Source: Patescibacteria group bacterium (GTDB lineage: Bacteria; Patescibacteriota; UBA1384; GWA2-35-9; JBASTP01). From it: a stretch of 64,000 bases of DNA. The notes under the pieces are model-generated. The model searched no databases. It worked only from the letters and a program-made list of their open reading frames with translations, and had not been told where the DNA came from. Shown here piece by piece: positions 46,601 to 55,493 of this stretch. The translations under genes were made by a program, and so were the position numbers. The stretch lies in the NCBI GenBank assembly GCA_049274945.1, contig JBASTP010000002.1, positions 1,125 to 65,124 of the forward strand. The letters run 5' to 3'. Each line of letters starts with the position of its first letter. Within the stretch, counting starts at the first letter, position 1.

Positions 46601-47515
46601 TTATCTGGTGGCTCCACCACCCCCTCCACCAGCGCCACCGCCACCACCGGCACCTCCGGCACCTCCTTGGATAGTGCCAGTGTTGCCGGTACCACCCATA
46701 CCGCCAAGACCACCAGCGCCGCCAAGTCCGCCGGCTCCACCGACGCCACCTTCGCCCCCGACGCCGCCGGCACCTCCCTCACCCTTGCCGCCTTCGCCAC
46801 CCTTACCGCCATCGGCTTTGCCACCCTCGACATTACCGCCGACACCCGTAGTGGTGTTTTGGTAAAAATCCGGCTTTCGGAGCAACATGCCAACCGGGAA
46901 GGACGCGGCCTGGGCGAACCCAAGCAGATAATCGCCAAAATCTTTCCGGTAGTACTGCTGCGCCAAGGCGACTGGCTGGCTCGCGCTGCCGGTTAACTGG
47001 TACCGCGGTTGCTGGCCGAGATACAGCTTCATGACATCGCGCGTCTCCACCAGCGCTGAAACGATTGGCGCAATGTCAGCGGGCTTTCCAGGAGGTCCCT
47101 GGACACCGGGCTCTCCCGGCAAGCCGGCTGGACCCTGGGAGCCGGCGTGGCCGGCAATTCCGTGCTGTCCGGGTGCGCCATCGCGTGGCGCCCGAGTGAT
47201 GGCGCCGGTCGGGCGACCGGCCAACTGGTGGTCAGTATACGCGGTGGCGTAAGTAACCACCTGATACGCCCGCCACACGCCATTCGAATCGCCGTCGAAC
47301 TTGCCGGACTTCGGAACGTGGAACACGTTCCGCGCCAGCAGTTGACTGTAGGCGTCGCGCAAACCGTCCTTATCGGGAACGGTAAGGAGGAACTTCTCCT
47401 CCTGCGCGGTGAGCTCCCGGGGCACTTCGCTGCCGCCATACTGCATCTTTTCGTCAGCGGCGGCAGCGCCAGCTAACGACACCAGGATTACGCATACTGT
47501 CACGATACGAAACAT
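46601..47515 (-). CDS. secreted collagen-like (Gly-X-Y repeat) protein with Gly-rich C-terminus
   Basis: Signal peptide MFRIVTVCVILVSLAGAAAA; GAPGQHGIAGHAGSQGPAGLPGEPGVQGPPGKP; AAAGGAG RBS. Confidence 0.6.
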   Translation of the reverse strand: MFRIVTVCVILVSLAGAAAADEKMQYGGSEVPRELTAQEEKFLLTVPDKDGLRDAYSQLLARNVFHVPKSGKFDGDSNGVWRAYQVVTYATAYTDHQLAGRPTGAITRAPRDGAPGQHGIAGHAGSQGPAGLPGEPGVQGPPGKPADIAPIVSALVETRDVMKLYLGQQPRYQLTGSASQPVALAQQYYRKDFGDYLLGFAQAASFPVGMLLRKPDFYQNTTTGVGGNVEGGKADGGKGGEGGKGEGGAGGVGGEGGVGGAGGLGGAGGLGGMGGTGNTGTIQGGAGGAGGGGGAGGGGGGATR

Positions 47516-47516
47516 A

Positions 47517-48488
47517 CTAACCATCTCCTTTCTTCGACTGGAAAACGTAGACGGCAAAAGAAATGCTCTCCTTGTTGCCGCTTTCGTCTTCGGTCTCGAT
47601 CCGCAGATCGTACGGCGGGTCGCCCGGATCAAGTGGGGCGAGTCCGCCTTTGCCGCCCGTGGCAGACTTGAGGCAAAGCTTCTCGAGCTTGGTGTAGCGT
47701 TGCTCGAAGAAGACTTCGTCCTCAAAACTACCGACCAGCCGAACTGCCTTGACCGATGGCGCAAATTCGAAGGTGAGCTCAACCGGGTGGATAACCACGA
47801 TTTGCTCACCTTGCGCCAATAGCCGGCCGTTGCGCAGCACGCGGACCGCCGCTTTGGGTGGCTTACGCTCTTGCTGCGCCTTTTTCTCGGCCTCCAGCCG
47901 GGCGACAACTTCGTCGTAGTCCTTCTTTTGTTGTTGCATCTGCTGCTTCAGTGCTTCGATCGTTTGATTGAATCGTTGCTCAATCGCAGCAGCAAGTTGG
48001 GCCGGATCGACGGCCAAGGGATCGAGACGGAAGGAAACAGTCGGCGAGGCTTGCTTGCCCCGAACGATTCTTCCCTTGCTGTCCCTCACCGTAAACCAGG
48101 CTTCGAAGACGTGATCGAGACCGTCGTTAAGCAAGATCGGCGCCACGTTTTCTTGGCCCTCGATTTTGCCGAGCAGGTCCTTGTCGGGATAGATTGCCTG
48201 CTCCACCGGTAACTCGAAGTAGTATGGCGGCTTCACAAACTGCTTAACCACCACACCGGACAATCGGAGCTCGAGCGAACCCGAGCGGCCCTCACCCGTG
48301 GTTGGATTGACAATCCCAACCAGCACTTCCACGTCCGTGTACCTGTCTTCCTTCGGGACTTTGACCTTGACTTTGACCACCTTCAGGCTAATCGCGCCCG
48401 AAGGCTGCCAGGTCAGCCGCCAGCCCGCCAGAGCTGGGGTGGCGAACAAAAACACTGCCGCAAGGGCAGCGCACAACTTCCCTCTCAT
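47517..48488 (-). CDS. secreted hypothetical protein (324 aa)
   Basis: Signal peptide MRGKLCAALAAVFLFATPALA; AAAGGAG RBS; 2-nt gap to downstream gene. Confidence 0.55.
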   Translation of the reverse strand: MRGKLCAALAAVFLFATPALAGWRLTWQPSGAISLKVVKVKVKVPKEDRYTDVEVLVGIVNPTTGEGRSGSLELRLSGVVVKQFVKPPYYFELPVEQAIYPDKDLLGKIEGQENVAPILLNDGLDHVFEAWFTVRDSKGRIVRGKQASPTVSFRLDPLAVDPAQLAAAIEQRFNQTIEALKQQMQQQKKDYDEVVARLEAEKKAQQERKPPKAAVRVLRNGRLLAQGEQIVVIHPVELTFEFAPSVKAVRLVGSFEDEVFFEQRYTKLEKLCLKSATGGKGGLAPLDPGDPPYDLRIETEDESGNKESISFAVYVFQSKKGDG

Positions 48489-48743
48489 GATTGACTCCTT
48501 TCCGCCTCTACCAAGTTGGAGGGTTGCTTGGATCGGGCGTTTGGTTTTCAACGTACTGCGCTTCACCATTGACGGCGCAGGTCCGGCCAGGACAAGGGAC
48601 GAGGACTGCTCCATGGTGTTTAATGGAACGCTCGCCCAGATCCTAGCCAGGCCCACGCAAACAAAGGGTTGCTAACCCCCTCCTTTATCGATCCAGATTG
48701 TCGGTTCCAGTATACCTTACAGTCAGTCAGAAGTCAAGATCTG

Positions 48744-48830
48744 GGACCACTGATCTTGTCCACAGATAAACACTGATCCTATCTGTGATTATCAGTGGTA
48801 TAAATCTGTGGTTGTGGTCCTACCTTATGA
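48744..48830. repeat. intergenic palindromic repeat, copy 10
   Basis: gggaccactgatcttgtccacagataaacactgat...atctgtgattatcagtggtataaatctgtggttg. Confidence 0.8.
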
Positions 48831-50091
48831 AGCGCACCCCATCTGGAGTATCCTCGAGTGCAATCCCCTGCTTTGCCAGCTCGTGGCGAATCTGGTCGGC
48901 CTGCGCAAACTTGCCGGATCTGCGGAGCGCTTCGCGTTTTTTGAGCAAGCGCCGCTGCGGTGCCGACAGTTTAACGTTTAAGGGTTTAAGGTTTAGGCCG
49001 AGCACCGAATCAAAGTGGAGCCAAAGTGCCGGATCGTTGGCAGTGTGGAGCAGCGCAAGCGCTTTGGGAATGCTAAGATCATCGGCTAACGCCGCCTCGA
49101 TTTCCCCCTGGACTTTTTCCTGTGCTACTGTGCTACTAACTACTGCACTACTGCGCTGCAAGGTTTGCCGAATGTGGCGCAGCGCTTCTTCGGCCGCGGT
49201 GAGCGATTCCCACGTGAAATTCATTTTTTCGCGGTAGTGGACGGATAGGAAAAGATAGCGCAGGGCAAGCGGATCAAAGCCCTTGTCGACCACATCGCGG
49301 AGCGTAACGTAGTTGCCCTCGGATTTGGCCATTTTTTTACCATCCACCAGCAAGTGCTCGTTGTGCAAAAAATACCGCGCCAATGGCGTGCCGTACGCGC
49401 CAGCCGATTGGGCGATCTCGTTTTCGTGGTGGGGGAAAATCAGGTCCACGCCGCCGGTGTGAATATCGAACGGCTGACCCAGGTATTTGCGGCTCATGGC
49501 GGAACATTCGATATGCCACCCCGGGCGATCCCCTTCCTTTTTCCACAACGCAAAATCCGCGGGAGATTGCTTGTCGTAAGCATCAACATCCACCCGCGCG
49601 CCGGGCATGAGTTGCCGTTTCTTAAGCCCCGAGAGTTTGCCGTAGGCTTTATATTTTGCAATCGCAAAGTAAGTGCCATCCTCAGCGTCGTACGCCAATC
49701 CCCTGGCCTTTAACTTCGCGATGATCACGCGCATTTCCTTAATGTGATCGGTGGCACGGGGGTACGCCGAAGCAGGTGTAAGGTTTAAGAGTTTAAGGTC
49801 TAAGAGGAACAGGTCAGTGTACTTTTTGGTAAACGCTTTGAGGGTGGTTTTGGCGCGGGCCGCGGCGGCAATGGTTTTGTCGTCGATATCGGTAATGTTC
49901 ATCACCCACTTGACGCGGTAACCAAAAAACTTGAGGGTGCGCACGAGCCCATCGGCAAACACGTAGCTGCGCAAGTTGCCAATGTGGGCATAGTCGTAGA
50001 CCGTGGGGCCGCAGGTGTAGACGCCCACCGTTTTGTCGTGGAGTGGCCCGAACAGCTCGGTGCGGTGAGTAAGGGTGTTATAAAATTTCAC
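48820..50091 (-). CDS. cysS: cysteinyl-tRNA synthetase
   Basis: CGPTVYDYAHIGN (HIGH), KMAKSEGN (KMSKS). Confidence 0.92.
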   Translation of the reverse strand: MKFYNTLTHRTELFGPLHDKTVGVYTCGPTVYDYAHIGNLRSYVFADGLVRTLKFFGYRVKWVMNITDIDDKTIAAAARAKTTLKAFTKKYTDLFLLDLKLLNLTPASAYPRATDHIKEMRVIIAKLKARGLAYDAEDGTYFAIAKYKAYGKLSGLKKRQLMPGARVDVDAYDKQSPADFALWKKEGDRPGWHIECSAMSRKYLGQPFDIHTGGVDLIFPHHENEIAQSAGAYGTPLARYFLHNEHLLVDGKKMAKSEGNYVTLRDVVDKGFDPLALRYLFLSVHYREKMNFTWESLTAAEEALRHIRQTLQRSSAVVSSTVAQEKVQGEIEAALADDLSIPKALALLHTANDPALWLHFDSVLGLNLKPLNVKLSAPQRRLLKKREALRRSGKFAQADQIRHELAKQGIALEDTPDGVRFIR

Positions 50092-50315
50092 TAGAACTCT
50101 TCCTCTCGCTCTTCTTTCGGGAGTTCCTCTTCGGCGAAATCATCAACCAGCTCGAGATCAGGCGCTAGATCATTATCGTTGGCAAGCTCGGCGCGCACCG
50201 TGGCAGAACTCTCGCCGACATCGAGCGGTTCGGAGGGCTGGGAACAAATGGGGCAAATCGGCTCGCCCCCTTCCCAACCGTCATCCAAGCAAAAATAATT
50301 GGCTTGTTTTTTCAT
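50091..50315 (-). CDS. small zinc-ribbon protein with acidic C-terminal tail (74 aa)
   Basis: CPICS plus upstream C/D/G cluster; overlaps cysS start. Confidence 0.45.
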   Translation of the reverse strand: MKKQANYFCLDDGWEGGEPICPICSQPSEPLDVGESSATVRAELANDNDLAPDLELVDDFAEEELPKEEREEEF

Positions 50316-50334
50316 GGCAATTGGTTTCTAACAA

Positions 50335-50445
50335 GGTAGGACTCCAACCACTGATTTATGCCACAGATAAACACAGATTATTTCACGGTAAGGTAAATGG
50401 ATCAGTGTCTATCAGTGGATCAGATATCTGTGGTTGTGGGACTTC
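50335..50445. repeat. intergenic palindromic repeat, copy 11 (expanded, ~110 bp)
   Basis: aaggtaggactccaaccactgatttatgccacagataaacacagat...tgtctatcagtggatcagatatctgtggttg. Confidence 0.8.
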
Positions 50446-50451
50446 ATTAAT

Positions 50452-51078
50452 CTAGTATTCCTTTCTCCCTTCCAGCGCCCGCGAGAGCGTTACCTCGTCG
50501 GCGTACTCAAGATCGCCGCCCACCGGCAGGCCTCGGGCGATTCTGGTAACCTTGAGAGTTTTGGTGACTGACCCCTGCCCCTTAAGTTTGATGATCTCGC
50601 GGTCAATATACATCGCGGTGGCCTCGCCCTCAAGCGACGGATCGGTTGCAAGAATCACCTCTTTTATTTTAGGCTCAGCTTGGCGCAGTTTGTCAAGTAG
50701 ACTACCTACGTTGAGCTCGGCCGGGCCGATGCCATCGATCGGCGAAATTACGCCGCCCAGTACGTGGTAGCGGCCGCTATAGCCGGTTTTCTCAAGCGCC
50801 ACGATATCGAGCGGTTCTTCCACCACCATGACTTCGGTAGTCTCGCGCTTGGGATCGCTACAAATGGCGCAGGGTGAGGCTTCGGCAATGTTGCCGCAGA
50901 TTTCGCAGCGGGTGAGTTTGTTCTTTAGGCTAGCGATTGCGCCGGCAAGCTCGGTGATTTCGGTCTCGGGGCGGGTGAGGAGCCAAAACGTCAGCCGCGA
51001 CGCCATTTTAGGCCCAATGCCCGGCAAGCGGGTGAGCTGATCGATGAGGGATTGGACGGATTTGGGTAAAATAGACAT
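50452..51078 (-). CDS. recR: recombination protein RecR
   Basis: LPGIGPKMASRL HhH, C4 zinc finger, Toprim. Confidence 0.93.
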   Translation of the reverse strand: MSILPKSVQSLIDQLTRLPGIGPKMASRLTFWLLTRPETEITELAGAIASLKNKLTRCEICGNIAEASPCAICSDPKRETTEVMVVEEPLDIVALEKTGYSGRYHVLGGVISPIDGIGPAELNVGSLLDKLRQAEPKIKEVILATDPSLEGEATAMYIDREIIKLKGQGSVTKTLKVTRIARGLPVGGDLEYADEVTLSRALEGRKEY

Positions 51079-51095
51079 ATCTAATATTGTAGGCG

Positions 51096-51183
51096 TACAA
51101 CCACTGATGTTAATTCACTGATCATCACTGATTAAGATTTTTATCTGTGTTAATCCGTGGATCAGATATCTGTGGTTGTGGTA
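51096..51183. repeat. intergenic palindromic repeat, copy 12 (overlaps last codons of topA)
   Basis: gtacaaccactgatgttaattcactgatcatcactgatt...tatctgtgttaatccgtggatcagatatctgtggttg. Confidence 0.85.
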
Positions 51184-53230
51184 CTACATTAGCTTGTGCT
51201 GGCGCCTCCCAACTTGAATATTTGCACTCCGGATACCGGCTGCAGCCCCAAAATACCTTACCGCGGCGGCTCCGCCGCTGCAAGATTTCACCCTGCTTGC
51301 AATCCGGGCAGCTAACCCCGGTGGGCGCCACGATCGACTTGGTGTTCTTGCACTCGGGGTAGCCTGAGCAGGCCAGGAACTGGCCGAACCGGCCCAAGCG
51401 CACTACCATATCGCGGCCGCACTTGCTGCATTTTTCGCCACTGGCTTGGTTTTGAATAGACTCGTCTTTGGTCACGCTGGTGTATTTTTCGGCAAGGTTT
51501 TTGGCAAATGGCCCGTAAAATTCAGCCAGCACCTCGTGCCAGTCTTTGGCGCCTTCGGCAATGGCGTCAAGCTTGCCCTCAAGCTCCGCGGTAAAACCAA
51601 TATCAACAATGTCGGAAAAATTAGTTTTGAGCATGTCAGTCACAATTGTGCCAACCTCCTCGGGATAGAACACCCGGTTTTGCAATCGCACGTATCCCCT
51701 ATCCTGGATGGTTGAAATAATCGGCGCGTAGGTGGAGGGTCGGCCAATACCGTGCTCCTCGAGCGCCTTAACGAGGGTGGCTTCGGAGAAGCGGCGGGGC
51801 GGCTGCGTAGCGTGCTGGCCTGGGATTAATTGCTTGAGCTGCGCCGGTTCCCCAGGCTTGGCAGCGAATAGCAGTTTTTCCTCGATTTTAATGGGATACA
51901 CCTTGAGCCAACCGTCAAAGGTAATGGTTTGACCATTGGCGCGGAAGGTGCTGTGGCCCCCTTCGATATCGACATGAGCCACATTGAGTTTGGCTGGCGC
52001 CATTTGGCAGGCCACCATGCGATTCCAAATCAGCTGGTAGAGCTGTTTGTGGTCGGGGGTCCACTTGTCTACAGCGGGTTTTTTGGTTTTGCCTTTGGTC
52101 TTACCCTTGACGGTGGCGCCCAGGATTTTGCGATCAATGTAGGTTGGCCGAATCGCCTCGTGGGCCTCTTGGGCGCCGAGGGCTTTGGTGCGGTACTGGC
52201 GCGGTTTTTCGCTAAGGTATTCTTTGCCCAACTCCTCCTCAATCAGCTTGCGGGTAGTGTTCACCGCCACCCAAGCCAGATTCATGGAGTCGGTGCGCAT
52301 GTAGGTAATGTAGCCGGATTCGTAGAGATCCTGAGCGAGTTTCATGGTCTTTTTTGATGAAAACCCGAGGCGTCGGTTGGCGTCTTGCTGAAGGCTTGAG
52401 GTGGTGAACGGCGGGAACGACCATTTAAGCTCTTCTTGCGAAGAGAAATCCGAAATTCTAAACTCTAAACTCGAAACTGATAAGGTTTTTACTATTTCGT
52501 CGGCCCGGGCTTTGGTGGCAATATCGAGCTTCTCGAGCGGCTTGCCCTCGTACACAATTAAGGTGGCTTGGAGCTCGCTCGAAGCAGCCGCAAAGTCGCC
52601 GAGGATAGTCCAATATTCTTGCGGGATGAACTGTTCGATTTCTCGCTCACGATCAACAATGAGCCGAACCGCCACCGACTGCACCCGGCCGGCCGAGAGT
52701 CCCTTGAACACTTTTTCCCATAGAAATGGAGAGAGTTTGTAGCCGACCAGCCGATCGAGGATCCGGCGGGCCTGCTGGGCATTAACCAGTTTAAGATCAA
52801 GCTCGCGAGGATTTTTGACCGCCTCTTCAATCGCCTGCTGGGTAATTTCGTGGAACGTGATGCGCTTCACCGGTTTAAGGTTTAAAGTATCAGGTCCCGA
52901 CGTAAAGTCGGGATCCCGACCGGAGCGTCGGGATTTAAGGCCAAGGGCCTCGGCGACATGCCAGGCAATGGCCTCGCCTTCGCGGTCGTAGTCTGTGGCA
53001 AGGTAGATTTGCCCCGCCCCCTCCGCCGCTTCCTTAAGCTTGGCGATTGTCTTCACGGCACGGGGTATTACGATGTAATCGGGTTTAAAATCGTGGTCAA
53101 CATCAACGCCAAGCTCCTTTGCCGGCAAATCGCGGACATGACCAAACGAGGCAACGACCTTGTAGTCGCCGCCCAGGAACCGTGCAATTGTTCTACCTTT
53201 GGCAGGTGATTCGACAATAACTAGATTCAT
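51125..53230 (-). CDS. topA: DNA topoisomerase I
   Basis: MNLVIVESPAKGRTI Toprim start, C-terminal C4 zinc ribbons; last ~17 codons (ISDPRINTDKNLNQ) are encoded by the repeat element. Confidence 0.92.
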   Translation of the reverse strand: MNLVIVESPAKGRTIARFLGGDYKVVASFGHVRDLPAKELGVDVDHDFKPDYIVIPRAVKTIAKLKEAAEGAGQIYLATDYDREGEAIAWHVAEALGLKSRRSGRDPDFTSGPDTLNLKPVKRITFHEITQQAIEEAVKNPRELDLKLVNAQQARRILDRLVGYKLSPFLWEKVFKGLSAGRVQSVAVRLIVDREREIEQFIPQEYWTILGDFAAASSELQATLIVYEGKPLEKLDIATKARADEIVKTLSVSSLEFRISDFSSQEELKWSFPPFTTSSLQQDANRRLGFSSKKTMKLAQDLYESGYITYMRTDSMNLAWVAVNTTRKLIEEELGKEYLSEKPRQYRTKALGAQEAHEAIRPTYIDRKILGATVKGKTKGKTKKPAVDKWTPDHKQLYQLIWNRMVACQMAPAKLNVAHVDIEGGHSTFRANGQTITFDGWLKVYPIKIEEKLLFAAKPGEPAQLKQLIPGQHATQPPRRFSEATLVKALEEHGIGRPSTYAPIISTIQDRGYVRLQNRVFYPEEVGTIVTDMLKTNFSDIVDIGFTAELEGKLDAIAEGAKDWHEVLAEFYGPFAKNLAEKYTSVTKDESIQNQASGEKCSKCGRDMVVRLGRFGQFLACSGYPECKNTKSIVAPTGVSCPDCKQGEILQRRSRRGKVFWGCSRYPECKYSSWEAPAQANVVPQPQISDPRINTDKNLNQ

Positions 53231-53233
53231 GGA

Positions 53234-53878
53234 TTAGTCTTTTTCCCAGAGTACCTCTTCAACTTGTTTATCCGCCTCGGCGATTGAATCGAGCTGTTTT
53301 GGAGTGAGATACTCGGGTAGTGGCGCGGTTTCGTCGAACCGCACCAGATCAGGGTTGGTAACCCCGTTCTTTTTTAAGATTTCAGTTGCCGAGAGCTTGG
53401 CGGTCTGATTGCTCTCGTAGCCGAGTTTAGCTACCAACTCGCTCGTTGCCGCAGCGGTATCGCCCTCGAGCACAAGGTATGCCGGAACATTCGGGTACTG
53501 ATCAAGTTCGACTGCCACTGCCGGAAATTGAAACACGGTGCGCTTTTTCTCCTGGTAACGGAACGGGTAAAAGCCAGCCAGCCGCAGCAGCTCGCACATT
53601 TTATCGAATGCTTCTATGGTAAGTTCCGTTTCCTGGAGTAATTTAGTCGGTCCCACTTGGGGCCCGCTGGCATGCTTGATATTTAGGTACGCCCGGCCAC
53701 CGAGCTCTCGTACCCGAATGGGGACCCCCTGTTCCCTGAGCTTGAGTTTGGGGTGGTCGAATAACACCGTTTTTAGTAGCCCCGGGCCAAAACTGATTGT
53801 GCCGCCCAACTTTTGGAGTTTGGCAACGAGCTCCGCTGGATTAACATTTAAAATCTTGACCTCGTATTCCTGCTTCAT
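53234..53878 (-). CDS. CYTH-domain protein (triphosphate tunnel metalloenzyme-like)
   Basis: N-terminal MKQEYEVKIL (ExExK) CYTH signature. Confidence 0.65.
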   Translation of the reverse strand: MKQEYEVKILNVNPAELVAKLQKLGGTISFGPGLLKTVLFDHPKLKLREQGVPIRVRELGGRAYLNIKHASGPQVGPTKLLQETELTIEAFDKMCELLRLAGFYPFRYQEKKRTVFQFPAVAVELDQYPNVPAYLVLEGDTAAATSELVAKLGYESNQTAKLSATEILKKNGVTNPDLVRFDETAPLPEYLTPKQLDSIAEADKQVEEVLWEKD

Positions 53879-53914
53879 TCGCTTCCAAGGTAGCATAATT
53901 ATCGCAAATGTCAA

Positions 53915-53993
53915 AGCTCAAAATTCAAAACTGCAACTCAAATCTTAAAGCTTTTAGTTTTACGTTGTAGTTTTGACATTTGAGTTTTAAGTT
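53915..53993. promoter_or_regulatory. divergent intergenic region with ~80 bp imperfect palindrome built from CTCAAAA/TTTTGAG units
   Basis: gctcaaaattcaaaactgcaactcaaatcttaaagc / gctttaagatttgagttgcagttttgaattttgagc-like arms. Confidence 0.4.
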
Positions 53994-54014
53994 TTGAGTT
54001 ATATAATAAATCCA

Positions 54015-54476
54015 ATGGCGAAAAAGGTGGGGCGATCGATTCTAGTTCCCGTGCTACTCATCAACTCAGCGGTGCTGGCGCTCCTTGTGCTCGGCTGCCA
54101 GCTTAAGGGCCAAAACGAACCCCAAGCCAGCCGGCTGCCGCGCGTGGCAGGGGCCCAAGCCATTCGACTGAGCGGCCAAAGTGTAGCGCTTGAGGGCTAT
54201 GGTAAGGTTTCGGCAAGCGGCGAGCTGCGGCTCGAAGCCACTGGATCATTTGCGGTGGTTAGTAACAGCGGCGTGGCTACGGTGAACGGCGAGCTTTTGC
54301 CGATCGGTAGAATTATGAGAGTTACCGAGCAAACCCATGTAGTGATCGAAGGCTCTGATATTTATGCCGAACTCACCGGCTCACCGCTTCAGCTACTTGC
54401 GGCTGGCACCGGCGGGCTCATTCCGGACATACGAACTACCCCCGAGGTTCCGCACGAGCCCGCGCAGCTCGAGTAA
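54015..54476 (+). CDS. membrane-anchored hypothetical protein
   Basis: N-terminal TM; start ambiguous (53994 or 54015); 3' end overlaps dprA convergently. Confidence 0.4.
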   Translation: MAKKVGRSILVPVLLINSAVLALLVLGCQLKGQNEPQASRLPRVAGAQAIRLSGQSVALEGYGKVSASGELRLEATGSFAVVSNSGVATVNGELLPIGRIMRVTEQTHVVIEGSDIYAELTGSPLQLLAAGTGGLIPDIRTTPEVPHEPAQLE

Positions 54477-55430
54477 TACTAGTTCGGATTGCACTCTGGC
54501 AACCGGTAGCTTGGATGATTTAACGAGCTCGTCAACGTGGCGAGGTTCTTTTGTAAGTAACGCCATAAGAATTGCGCCTTCGCTCGATAAGCCAACCGTA
54601 GTTTGGCTACCACGATGAACTGACCCGGAGGTGAGATTAAGCTCACTTAACACATCGTCTGGCCGAGTTACAAGCTTGGCGCCCAGGGCGATGAGTTGAT
54701 TGGGCCCCACGCCCATTTCCGAGAAAATCGGGTGGGGCACGGCCAGGAGCTCACGGTTGTATTCGAGCGTTGAGCGGGCGGTTAGCATGGTGCCTGAGCG
54801 TTCGGCGCCTTCCACCACGAGCGTACCAAGGGAGAGCCCGGCGATAATGCGATTTCGAACGCCGAAGTTGCCTTTGTAGGCGGTTACCCCGGGCGGGTAC
54901 TCTGAAATGAGCGCGCCGCCGCTTGTAATAATTTCTTGAGCTAATTCATGGTGTTGGCGCGGAAATACCGTATCGAGTCCACCTGGCAACACTGCCACCG
55001 TTGTGCCGCCAACCTCGAGCGTTGCCCGGTGAGCCACCGAATCAATGCCGTAGGCCAACCCGGAGACTACCGTAACACCTTTACTCGCCAGTCCTTTGGC
55101 AAAGTATTGGGCTGCGGCTATGCCATAATCGGTTGGCTTGCGGGTGCCGACAATCGCCACGGTCGGCTCTTGGGCCGGGAGCGCGCCCCTGCAGTAAAGC
55201 AGGAGCGGCGGATCGGTAATTTGTTTAAGCAGGGCTGGGTAGCGCTTGTCGTTAATCGGTATGAGATCAATCCCGTGGGATTGGCATTTTTTAAGTACCG
55301 TTTGGGTAAGTCCCGGAATATTGAGGGGGTTTACCAGAGGGTGGCGGAGGATGCGAGCCGGATCGCGGTACTCGTTCCAAAGCCGGGCAAGCGTGAGCGG
55401 GCCGAGTTTGGGTAAAAGGAGTGAGAGCAT
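54393..55430 (-). CDS. dprA: DNA processing protein DprA (Smf)
   Basis: GLAYGIDSVAHRATLEVGGTTVAVLPGGLD Rossmann core. Confidence 0.85.
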   Translation of the reverse strand: MLSLLLPKLGPLTLARLWNEYRDPARILRHPLVNPLNIPGLTQTVLKKCQSHGIDLIPINDKRYPALLKQITDPPLLLYCRGALPAQEPTVAIVGTRKPTDYGIAAAQYFAKGLASKGVTVVSGLAYGIDSVAHRATLEVGGTTVAVLPGGLDTVFPRQHHELAQEIITSGGALISEYPPGVTAYKGNFGVRNRIIAGLSLGTLVVEGAERSGTMLTARSTLEYNRELLAVPHPIFSEMGVGPNQLIALGAKLVTRPDDVLSELNLTSGSVHRGSQTTVGLSSEGAILMALLTKEPRHVDELVKSSKLPVARVQSELVLLELRGLVRNLGGSSYVRNEPAGASRK

Positions 55431-55493
55431 GATAAATTGTTCGAGCGGCTGAGCCATAGCTCTATTCTAACAAAAGATCCGCCCCGCGGCGGA

